A stretch of 64,000 bases of DNA from Gemmatimonadaceae bacterium (GTDB lineage Bacteria; Gemmatimonadota; Gemmatimonadetes; Gemmatimonadales; Gemmatimonadaceae). A program made the translations under genes and the position numbers. Location: NCBI GenBank assembly GCA_044224875.1, contig JBGAJQ010000004.1, forward strand, positions 1-64,000, in the 5' to 3' direction. This document shows positions 1 to 8,139 of the stretch, in pieces. The number at the start of each line of letters is the position of its first letter. Within the stretch, counting starts at the first letter, position 1. The notes below the pieces were generated by a model. That model made no database searches. It saw nothing but the letters and a program-made list of their open reading frames with translations, and was not told where the DNA came from.

Positions 1-170
1 GGCGAGGCGGTTCTTCGACATGTGCTCGCGCTGCCAGCCCTCATCCCGTGCCCGCCGCCTAACAGTTTGTAAAACTCCACGATGTGCTCGAGCCGGAACA
101 TGTCGCCGTCGTCCGCCACGAGCAATGTGTGGGCAGCGACCTTCTTCATCTCGTCTCGCCAGTCGTACGG
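1..170 (-). pseudogene. C-terminal remnant of an alpha/beta-fold hydrolase; 5'-truncated, frameshifted, continues off the window edge
   Basis: Manual minus-strand translation gives PYDWRDEMKKVAAHTLLVADDGDMFRLEHIVEFYKLLGGG and, after a frameshift near 49-50, RDEGWQREHMSKNRLA. This resembles the C-terminal part of a family of alpha/beta hydrolases as I recall it (PYDW...GD.DM.R.EH...FY.LLGGG..DAGWQREHMS.NRLA). The 5' part of the gene is absent. Confidence 0.65.
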
Positions 171-181
171 CGGGTCGAAGT

Positions 182-215
182 CCCGGTCTGGCACACGCCT
201 GTGTGGCAGACCGGG
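182..215 (-). terminator. Stem-loop downstream of the Kelch gene, possible terminator
   Basis: CCCGGTCTG-G-CACAC / GTGTG-G-CAGACCGGG, a 15-bp stem with one mismatch and a 4-nt loop. No strong U-tract. Confidence 0.4.
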
Positions 216-267
216 GGCCCCGTGATCTTCGTGCCGCCGAGCGGCACGTCAGATCATTTTGTGATCC

Positions 268-1728
268 TCAGATAATCTCAAGTTGGTACGGATGGCCTGG
301 CGTGAGGATGCGTCCACTGATGACGATCGTATACTGGCTGGCGATCGGGCCAGAATAAGTCAGCACACTCTGAGAGCAGGTCCAGGGAGCCGTCGCCACC
401 AAGGCCCCCACGCTGTCATACAGCTCCATCAGAAAGAGGTCTCCATCGCACGGCGCCGTAAGTTGGACCGTGACGGACCCGCTCGCGCCAGTGAAGATGG
501 AGAAATTATCCACGTCGAGAAGGTTGCACATTCGCGCTTCCGTCACCTTCGATCCGGGCTTCACGTGGTCAGTGAAATGGTCAGTGATGGTCCACGGGTT
601 GGCATGCCCACCGTCATCGTCGGGTTCAAAGACGTCGCATTCAAAGTTTGGGTCTGTCCCAAGTGTAATCCATTCCGTGCTGCTCGCCCCGTCGCCGCCG
701 AAGACCCCAATCTTGTTGCCAGCGGTCACCGCATTGTGGAAGCGTCGGAATTGGGTGAGCGGACGGAGCTCGGCCCAACCGCCCGTCGACGGATCGAACA
801 CGTCCACTGAGCGAGATGGGTTCCAGGGCAGGACGCCGTTGTCGCCGCCAATGGTGTATAAACGGCCTAACGTTGATACCACGCTCAAGCCATATCGACC
901 TGACGGCATGCGCGGCGGCAATTGCGCGTCAGGAAGCCAAAGTTCATTCGTCAGGTCGAAAACGTCGACGGTGGCCTCCCCGTCAAACGAGATGCTTGGC
1001 GTCGTGTTTCCGCCAAACAAGTAGAGTCTGTCTCCGACGACGCCGACCCCGCCGTATCGGTGAAGCCGGGTCGGGGATGGCAACATGCGCCAACGATTTG
1101 AGGCCAACGTCGGATCAAAGACCGCTAGACCGAGCACACTCGAGGTACAGTTATCGGAAAACGGCGAAGGTTGGCTTGCCTCGACGGCTGCTACATACAA
1201 CCTACCCTGAAACACTACACCAGAGCCACAGGCCATTGGAAAAGGGAGAGCATCAGAGCTGAGGCGCCAACCCGTCGCACTGGAGAATACGTACATCGAC
1301 GATTGCATCTGTCCAATCGCATTTAGTCCGCCAGCGACATAGGTCTTGCCGCCTAGTACTCCCGAGCCGGCGAACGAGTGCAGCGCAATAGGCAGGGGGG
1401 CGGCAGGCGTCCAGGCGGAGGGCGGAGGTGAACTGGAGCAAATCGTGTTGACCTGACTTGTAGCTCCCGCGCTACCGACGCCCCCGATGCTGCGGACGCA
1501 TTTTCCACTGTACACGAGTGCTGCAGCCTTGGTGGTGGGTGTCGGGAGTGGAGGAATGGGTAGCCAGAGATTGCTCAGCGTGGGTGCCAATTCGCTGCTG
1601 GGCCGAAAATGGCGCGATAGGTCAGGGCTCGTTGCATCCACACAGGCGACTGCGCTAAAGAGGAGCAAGAAAGTCGTCGACAGAGACGTCCATCGACGTC
1701 TTGCGAGAGTGGCGGCGGAATGGTGCAC
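268..1728 (-). CDS. Kelch-repeat beta-propeller lipoprotein with a C-terminal PPC-like beta-sandwich
   Basis: Lipobox-like signal (FSAVAC); repeated Kelch motifs (KTYVAGG, RLYLFGG, RLYTIGG, KIGVFGG, VDVFDP...W); C-terminal 'CDVFEPDD...DVDNF' segment; GGAGG RBS upstream of the GTG start. Confidence 0.8.
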   Translation of the reverse strand: MHHSAATLARRRWTSLSTTFLLLFSAVACVDATSPDLSRHFRPSSELAPTLSNLWLPIPPLPTPTTKAAALVYSGKCVRSIGGVGSAGATSQVNTICSSSPPPSAWTPAAPLPIALHSFAGSGVLGGKTYVAGGLNAIGQMQSSMYVFSSATGWRLSSDALPFPMACGSGVVFQGRLYVAAVEASQPSPFSDNCTSSVLGLAVFDPTLASNRWRMLPSPTRLHRYGGVGVVGDRLYLFGGNTTPSISFDGEATVDVFDLTNELWLPDAQLPPRMPSGRYGLSVVSTLGRLYTIGGDNGVLPWNPSRSVDVFDPSTGGWAELRPLTQFRRFHNAVTAGNKIGVFGGDGASSTEWITLGTDPNFECDVFEPDDDGGHANPWTITDHFTDHVKPGSKVTEARMCNLLDVDNFSIFTGASGSVTVQLTAPCDGDLFLMELYDSVGALVATAPWTCSQSVLTYSGPIASQYTIVISGRILTPGHPYQLEII

Positions 1729-1769
1729 GAGTTCCTCCTGAAGGGCGAATGTGCGCTGCCTGATTTTCC

Positions 1770-1801
1770 ACGTTGTGAGTCGACCGTCAGAATGCCGTCA
1801 G
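1770..1801 (-). promoter_or_regulatory. Heptamer direct repeat with SARP/OmpR-type winged-HTH geometry upstream of the Kelch gene
   Basis: Minus strand reads CTGACGG-catt-CTGACGG (11-bp period), then 8 nt, then a weak -10-like CAACGT. Confidence 0.4.
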
Positions 1802-2104
1802 ATGAAGAGGTCCTCTCGATGGCTCACGATTCTCACGGGCCGCGGTGCATGTTCCAATCACCGGGAACCTTTCGGTAAACCGTGAACGACGGTCGCAGGG
1901 AATGGACCCGCGGAGCCCCGAGCTCTGCTAGCCGGCCAGTCGTGCTGGTAGCCCAACGGGTGCGTGAGCGTTGCCCACTCTGGCGCTCCCACGAACCGAG
2001 CTCCACTATTGCTCCCCTTGGTTAGCCGTTTCCAACGCCCGTCCCCCTGTGGCGTGTCACTGCACCAGCCCACGTTCCTACGTCGACTCTGTTCCGGAGG
2101 CAGC

Positions 2105-3286
2105 ATGCCGCAAGCACTTCGCGCCGTTCCCCACCAATCACTCTCCCTGCCGTGGGCGGCTACCAGCCTGCTCGCGGCGTTGGCGCTGACGGCTTGCGTC
2201 GACAACGGCCCGGTGGCGCCGCTGCCCGCCACTCCGCCAGCTGCATCCGTCGCATCCGACGCCAAGGGGAATCAGGCGGTCCTCGGCGATCGGCTCGCCT
2301 ATCTCTGGGCCCAAACCGCCTCGCCGCCCATCAACACGCCATACGCACCCGACGCCCAACGCAACTACAACGGCAAGGGTCTGCTGAATCGCGTGACCAG
2401 AGTGGCCACCGGCAACTACTCGGTGCTCCTCGGCGGCATGGCGAAAGGAGCCACCCAGCTCAAGGAGACGGTCATCGTGACGCCGTACTCGCAGGTCAAA
2501 GTGCGGTGCAGCGTTGCGTGGGACGATCTCGGCGCGGACCTCGAGGTCTTCGTCTCCTGTCAGGATCAAGCCGGCGCACCGATGGATTCGCGATTCACGC
2601 TCCTGTTCGTCGGGGACAACACGCTCTCCGGTCGACAGGGCTTTGCCCTCGCCGACAGCCCGCTCGCTCCGTCCTACAGCCCCAACGCTCTCTTTTCTTA
2701 CACGTCGTCCGGATTCCCCATCTCCATCACACACACGCCAGCGACGGGCTTGTATACGGTCGACTTCGGCCTCACGCGGCCGCCGGGCGGGCTCCCGGAA
2801 GTCTACATGCTGACCACGTGGGGTGGTTCAGCCAACCGTCTCTGCAGCCTGATCACGGCCCCCGGCCCCGCCAACCTGGAATGCTACTCCGCCTTCACCG
2901 GCGTGTCGTCGGAGGCGCTGTTCGACATTCTGTTGGTGGAGCAGGGACGACCGGGGATGCGCTTCGGGTTTGCCCGCGCCGACCAGCCGTCAGCTCCTAC
3001 TAGCTACACCGCCAACCCCTTGTGGTCCACGTCCACGGGTGGCCCCATCACGATCACGCGGACGCAGAAGGGCGTGTACAACGTGGACTTCATTGGGCTG
3101 CAGAAGCCGGTGGCCACGCGGACCGAGATCGTTCAGGTCTCCAGCGTCGGACCGGGCGCCCACGTTTGCACCGTGCCCGCCTGGCCAAAGACGCCAGCCG
3201 GAAACGGCATCCGCGTGTGGGTGGTGTGTCGCAATAACCTCGGGCAGGTGGTGGACGCGCAGTTCAACGTGCTGGTACTGGAGTAG
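2105..3286 (+). CDS. Hypothetical lipoprotein with three tandem ~110-aa beta-rich repeats
   Basis: GGAGG RBS before ATG 2105; lipobox LALTAC; three repeats of (A/G)(Y/F)xxA.....Y....(N/S).....I/VT....GxYxV.....C...C......F.(L/I/V)L. Confidence 0.75.
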   Translation: MPQALRAVPHQSLSLPWAATSLLAALALTACVDNGPVAPLPATPPAASVASDAKGNQAVLGDRLAYLWAQTASPPINTPYAPDAQRNYNGKGLLNRVTRVATGNYSVLLGGMAKGATQLKETVIVTPYSQVKVRCSVAWDDLGADLEVFVSCQDQAGAPMDSRFTLLFVGDNTLSGRQGFALADSPLAPSYSPNALFSYTSSGFPISITHTPATGLYTVDFGLTRPPGGLPEVYMLTTWGGSANRLCSLITAPGPANLECYSAFTGVSSEALFDILLVEQGRPGMRFGFARADQPSAPTSYTANPLWSTSTGGPITITRTQKGVYNVDFIGLQKPVATRTEIVQVSSVGPGAHVCTVPAWPKTPAGNGIRVWVVCRNNLGQVVDAQFNVLVLE

Positions 3287-3295
3287 CCCAGTGTT

Positions 3296-3336
3296 GTGCA
3301 GCTCGGGACGGGATGTCTTAGGCTCCCGAGCTGCAC
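3296..3336. terminator. Inverted repeat between convergent genes, possible bidirectional terminator
   Basis: GTGCAGCTCGGGA / TCCCGAGCTGCAC, a perfect 13-bp stem with a 15-nt loop. Confidence 0.5.
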
Positions 3337-3432
3337 CGCCGGAGCGTAGTCGCGAGTCAGGCGTTGTAGAGCGACGGTGCGGGTACGTCGGCGTGCGCCG
3401 GTAAGTTGGGCGATGGCGCGATCCGGGACTGC

Positions 3433-4347
3433 CTAACGCCTGCTCACCACCTCGCGCGTGACGGGAAACGCATTCCGTTCCACCCAGCCAGACAAACCGT
3501 GCGATTTGAGCCGGACCCAATCGCCACGCGTTTCGCCCAGTTGCACGTGCGTGTCCGGACCAATAGACGCGACCACGTGAGAGTTGCGGCTGGCGGCGTT
3601 GTGCACGGGTATCCAGCCCCGGGCAACGGCGCGTACCCAGCGGCTCTTGGTCTGGGATGGTGCTTTGGGTTTGGTCGCGAGGCGCGCTCTCTCGCGCTCG
3701 CGTGCTGCGGGGGGACGAGCGGGTATCGCGATGGCACGGGATTCGATCGCGGGTGTCGCCGGAGCCGGAGACGGGGCTGGGGAGTACCCCGGAACGTCAT
3801 CCGCTCCCACGGCCTCACTCGGCGATACCGCACGGATCGATTCGGCGATCGCCGGCTGCAGGGTGGTCGCCGAGTATTTCTCCGGTCGCTGCGACGCGGT
3901 GGCCGCGTCACTATCGGCGCGTTCTGTGCTCAGCGCCACGCTGTCGGCCTGCGCTGACGTGGTTGGCGCGTTCGAGTCGGTGCCATCGCTCGTCGGCTCG
4001 GTTGCAGGAGTCTCCGGGAAGAGCGCGATCGACTCCTCACGAACGGAAGAGGTACCGCGAGGGGTACCTCGGTGCGCGATCGTCGCGCCGGCGGCCAGCG
4101 CGACAAAGCCGACCACGGCGGCGATCTTCCATGCGTGCGGCGCAAGCCGACGAGGCTCTGGTTTGGTGCCACACCATTGGCATTCGCCGCGCGCCAGCGG
4201 ATAGTACGACTCGCAGGTGGGGCACTGGGTGAGCGGGAGAAGCTCGCCAAAAGAATCGCGCAGGTTGAACAGGTGGCCGCAGTGCGGGCACTGCGAGGCG
4301 GCGACGAGTGCTTTCATTCCACAGGCATCGCAACGAACTGATTGCAT
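3433..4347 (-). CDS. Double zinc-ribbon / transmembrane / low-complexity linker / SH3b-like domain protein
   Basis: Four CxxC pairs (CDAC, CPHC, CPTC, CQWC); TM segment IAAVVGFVALAAGATIA; Pro/Ala/Thr/Ser-rich linker; C-terminal 'VQLGETRGDWVRLKSHGLSGWV' typical of bacterial SH3. Start placed at ATG 4347. Confidence 0.75.
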   Translation of the reverse strand: MQSVRCDACGMKALVAASQCPHCGHLFNLRDSFGELLPLTQCPTCESYYPLARGECQWCGTKPEPRRLAPHAWKIAAVVGFVALAAGATIAHRGTPRGTSSVREESIALFPETPATEPTSDGTDSNAPTTSAQADSVALSTERADSDAATASQRPEKYSATTLQPAIAESIRAVSPSEAVGADDVPGYSPAPSPAPATPAIESRAIAIPARPPAARERERARLATKPKAPSQTKSRWVRAVARGWIPVHNAASRNSHVVASIGPDTHVQLGETRGDWVRLKSHGLSGWVERNAFPVTREVVSRR

Positions 4348-4710
4348 GCTGACCGCCCTGGTCGAGAGTCCTGTACACCGACACCGTCCTGCGCACCCGC
4401 CCTGATGTGACACCCGAATTGTTGCTGGCGGCGCCAGAGTGCGAAAGGTTGGCGGTACGCCTCGCTCGCGCGATCCCCTTATACCGCCTGTCGGCCTCGG
4501 TGTGCCCATGGATCTGCCGGGCGGGGCCGTGAGACCCGAGTGACAGGATTCGACGACGGGGGCGTGGTTTCATTGCCACCCCCGTGCCGCGGCCCTGCCG
4601 CTCCCCATTTCAAAGGTGTCCATGGAGGTCGCAGTCCAACGGCTGTAGTTTGCTGACCGATAGGGATCGTTCACCCAGTGATTTCGAGGGCTGGCTGCGT
4701 GCGTCAACCG

Positions 4711-5115
4711 ATGAGTCGACCGCTGCTTGGGTTTCTGACGATCCTAACGATCGGCTGCCGAAGCCCGACCGAAGGCATTCCCATGCAAGTCCGGCTGGAA
4801 GACCAGCAGCTGGAGGCCGACCAATTGAGCGCGTGGCCAGCGACGCCGGAGATCAATGGCGGCTTCGAGCTGACGGTGCGCGGTACGATGTACTTCGGCT
4901 GTGACACCCCGGTCGCCTACGCGGCGCTGAACGGGGATGTGGTGAGCGTACGCGTGACCCGACGTCCGGGCGACCCTGGCCGCTGCCGTGCGGTCACCAC
5001 AGGATGGCACGGGTACGAGCTGACGATGCCCGGACTCCCCGATGGCTGGTACGACGTGATCGTTCGGGAAGACGGCAAGCCGGGGCTATTCCGGGAGCGT
5101 GTGAGGATCTCGTAG
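4711..5115 (+). CDS. Small hypothetical lipoprotein
   Basis: MSRPLLGFLTILTIGC lipobox; Ig-like tail 'LTMPGLPDGWYDVIV'; Cys pair. Confidence 0.6.
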   Translation: MSRPLLGFLTILTIGCRSPTEGIPMQVRLEDQQLEADQLSAWPATPEINGGFELTVRGTMYFGCDTPVAYAALNGDVVSVRVTRRPGDPGRCRAVTTGWHGYELTMPGLPDGWYDVIVREDGKPGLFRERVRIS

Positions 5116-5127
5116 GGGGCCAGTCGC

Positions 5128-7086
5128 CTACCTGGCTCGGAAGCCGATCGGATAGAGCGGTGACGGGCTGTCGTGCGGCACATCGCCCTGTTGCGCCCGC
5201 ACTGCGTCCATGGAGCGTGGCAGCTCAAACGGCAACCGGCCGAGGGGGCGCACACGTCCCGTCAACGCGTCGAACAAGGCCGCGTCACTGACACCGAACT
5301 CCCCGATCAGCATCCTCGCCAGGGGCTGCAGATTCGTGAGGATCGCCGGACGGTCCAAATAGACCACCACCACCGTGGGGACCCTCGCCGCCGTTTCCTT
5401 GATCATCGTGAAGGTGGAGTCCGACTCCTTGAAGTCCAGGTCACCCTCATGTTGGAACGAGCCGAAGAAGAACGTCGGATGCAGCTTCTGGAATGGCGCA
5501 CTCACGCGGAAGATCGCCAACTCCGCGTCTTCGGCGCGCGTGACCACGGTGTAGCCCCGCGCATGTGCTGTGGAAGTGTCCACGCCGTGCAGAAATAGTC
5601 GCGCGCCACCACGCAGCAGCGACGGCACCTGCGGGTCGTTCTTCAACACAACCAGCGCGCGCGATTGTGCCGCCATGGCCTCGCGAAGCGTCTCCGGGGA
5701 GCCGACGACGCGCGTGGCGCGTTGCACATCGACATACGGATTCTCGAACAGGCCCTGGTCAAACTTCACGATCATCACACGCCGCGCCGCCTCGGCCAGG
5801 CGTTCTTCGGTGAGCAGGCCGGCCTTCACGGCGTCCAGGAAGGGCTGGGCATCGTCGACGCCGCCGAACTGGTCGATGCCGGCGTTCATCCCCTTGGCAA
5901 AGCGTTGCATCGGCGTGAGCGATTCCACGCCCCACGGCATGGCGATCTGCTGTGGCAGCTGACGGGGCTGGCCAGTCACACAGGCTTCCACGCAGTCCTT
6001 CGTGATCATCCAATCAGACAGCACCAGACCGCGGAACCTGTATTTGCCCCGTAACAGACCAGCCAGGAGCTGCGTGTTGAAGCCGGCGCCGACGGGTTCC
6101 ACGGGCTTCCCATCGAGCACCAGGCCGTCGAGGATGTTGTAGGTCGGCATGACGCCAACCACCCCCGACGTGATAGCGCCCAGAAAGGGCGTCACGTGAT
6201 CCTGAAAGTGGCCGCCGGCAAATCGCGAATAGCGTCCGTAGTAGTTGTGGCCATCGAAGCCGTCCACCGCGGCGCCGTAGCCTACCCAGTGTTTCACAAT
6301 GGTGGCCACGCCATTCCGCGCGAGACCTGTGCTGCTCCCCTGCATGCCCTGCGTGTACGCCGTGACCAGTGCGCCGACGCGATCTGGCGACTCACCGAAC
6401 GTTCCGGTGATGCGCGACCATCGTGGCTCCGTGCCCAGGTCGGCCTGCGGTGAGAGGGCCATGTGAATGCCCACCGCGCGGTACTCGTCGCGCACGATGC
6501 TCGCAAAGCGCCTCACGAGCACGGGATCGCCTAACGCGCCGAGTCCAAGGGTCTCTGGCCACTGCGAGAAGCCGGAGGTTCCACCAGTGGCGCCGAGGAC
6601 CACCTGGAAGTGACTGCGGGGATCGGTGCTCACGGTGAGCGGAATGCCCAGTCGGTCTCGCTCGGCGATCGCCTGCAGCGTGTTGTTCTGCGTGGCGAAG
6701 GCTGCGGGGGCTACCGACAGGCGCGTGATCATACTGTTCACATGGCGCCCGAGAATGGCCGCGGCCACCGCCGACGTGTCGTACTCCGTTCCTGCACCTA
6801 ACGCGTTGCCAATGGAGGCCGCGGACCCATGGAGTGCCGCGCCAGCCTTCTCGGCGAGCGTCATGCGAGCGACCAGGTCCTTTGCCCGCGCCGCCGACGT
6901 CAGCCGCCAATCTTCATACGGGTCCAGCACACCGTTGCGATTGAGATCGCGGAAGCGACGGCCGCTGATCGTGAGGATGGGCGCAGACGTCGCGACGACG
7001 GTTGGTTGGGTGTCGCGCTGCGCCGTCGCAGGTGCGGCGATCGATACGAGCAGTAGTGGGAGGACGATCAGACGCTTCGGGGACAT
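5128..7086 (-). CDS. Glycoside hydrolase family 3 (beta-glucosidase-like), secreted
   Basis: Signal peptide; 'RDLNRNGVLDPYEDWRL' N-terminus, RLGIP...TDPR, KHWVGYG, nucleophile motif VLSDW, C-terminal GRLPFELPRS. Confidence 0.92.
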   Translation of the reverse strand: MSPKRLIVLPLLLVSIAAPATAQRDTQPTVVATSAPILTISGRRFRDLNRNGVLDPYEDWRLTSAARAKDLVARMTLAEKAGAALHGSAASIGNALGAGTEYDTSAVAAAILGRHVNSMITRLSVAPAAFATQNNTLQAIAERDRLGIPLTVSTDPRSHFQVVLGATGGTSGFSQWPETLGLGALGDPVLVRRFASIVRDEYRAVGIHMALSPQADLGTEPRWSRITGTFGESPDRVGALVTAYTQGMQGSSTGLARNGVATIVKHWVGYGAAVDGFDGHNYYGRYSRFAGGHFQDHVTPFLGAITSGVVGVMPTYNILDGLVLDGKPVEPVGAGFNTQLLAGLLRGKYRFRGLVLSDWMITKDCVEACVTGQPRQLPQQIAMPWGVESLTPMQRFAKGMNAGIDQFGGVDDAQPFLDAVKAGLLTEERLAEAARRVMIVKFDQGLFENPYVDVQRATRVVGSPETLREAMAAQSRALVVLKNDPQVPSLLRGGARLFLHGVDTSTAHARGYTVVTRAEDAELAIFRVSAPFQKLHPTFFFGSFQHEGDLDFKESDSTFTMIKETAARVPTVVVVYLDRPAILTNLQPLARMLIGEFGVSDAALFDALTGRVRPLGRLPFELPRSMDAVRAQQGDVPHDSPSPLYPIGFRAR

Positions 7087-7179
7087 GTGATTGCAGTGGC
7101 GTGGGCGGTTGGACGAAGCTGGCGACATGGATCGTAGCACGAGTCCGCCTGTTGAAGAAGCGATGGTTCTGGACTCAAC

Positions 7180-7938
7180 CTATTGAATAGTTGCCAGCCA
7201 ATCCGCCTCCACCGCGCTCAGCGACGTACCGAACGCCTGAAGGAACTTGGACTCGACGACCTCCAGCGTGTCGTCTCGGCTCCCGGTGCGGAAGAACGAA
7301 AGCACGGCCGTCAGCCCAAAGCGCTCCTCGAGATACAGCACGAACGATCCCGCGATCCGGTAGCTCATCACGTTGTCAGTGATGGCGCGGAACCCGGCGG
7401 TGGTCACGTATTGGCGGAGCGGAAGGGGGAGCGAGCCAGCGCGGCGATAGCCACGGCATGCCTCATGGACCTGGACACCGTTGAACCTCACGGTGAAGTC
7501 CTGCTGCAGGGGATCAGTCTGGAAGGAGACCGCGAACCCCTCGTTGAAGAAGTCCGTCGGACGGCCGACCATCGCCGAGAACAGGTGGACGACTTCGTGG
7601 TTGTCCCAGGGCCAGATGGTGTGGATGGTGAACGATTCGGGCTCGGCGTACCCGTTCGTGTTGCTCTTCCCGGTGTAGCGCCCCATCGCGGCGCGCGATT
7701 GGTACTTCCGGTACTCGATCTTTCTGGGGAGCGTGAGTCCAAGGCGACTGAGCGCCCAGGTATTGAACGCCTCCTGCCGGGCGGTGTCGACGACGTCGCC
7801 AGGCTCGTAGAAGTACCTGGTGGAGGCAGCTTCGGTGACGAGCGGGAGTTGAGAGTTTGGGGAGGTCGACGAGTCGCTGCACGACTGAACCACCCCAAGT
7901 ACAACGACCGTCGCGACTCGGGCAGGAAACGCTCGCAT
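7180..7938 (-). CDS. Putative gluzincin-type (HExxH) metallopeptidase lipoprotein
   Basis: Signal ending VVQSC; HEVVH followed by FFNEGFA (third Zn ligand) and 'SY..AGSFV.YL'. Start could be as far upstream as 7956. Confidence 0.7.
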   Translation of the reverse strand: MRAFPARVATVVVLGVVQSCSDSSTSPNSQLPLVTEAASTRYFYEPGDVVDTARQEAFNTWALSRLGLTLPRKIEYRKYQSRAAMGRYTGKSNTNGYAEPESFTIHTIWPWDNHEVVHLFSAMVGRPTDFFNEGFAVSFQTDPLQQDFTVRFNGVQVHEACRGYRRAGSLPLPLRQYVTTAGFRAITDNVMSYRIAGSFVLYLEERFGLTAVLSFFRTGSRDDTLEVVESKFLQAFGTSLSAVEADWLATIQ

Positions 7939-8139
7939 CGCGGTCACCATCATCACGGCCGGACGGGTCGTCCAGACGGAAAGTTCGCACGTTGTGTCGG
8001 TCGAGCCCCTACGCTAGTGCCGTCTGGTTGCGGTATGCCCGTGGATGAAGGCCAGCACGGCATACGATTCGTCCCTCGCCAGGTGCGGCCTGCATCGTCT
8101 GCATGTCATCTCAGGAACCGGCTCCAATACGTTACGCCA

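Noticed and set aside
7183..8139. N-terminal 319 aa of the 932-aa ORF as part of a fusion protein
   Set aside because: It is the antisense of the HExxH lipoprotein gene, Arg/Gly-rich and motif-free; the real protein starts at the signal peptide near 8140.
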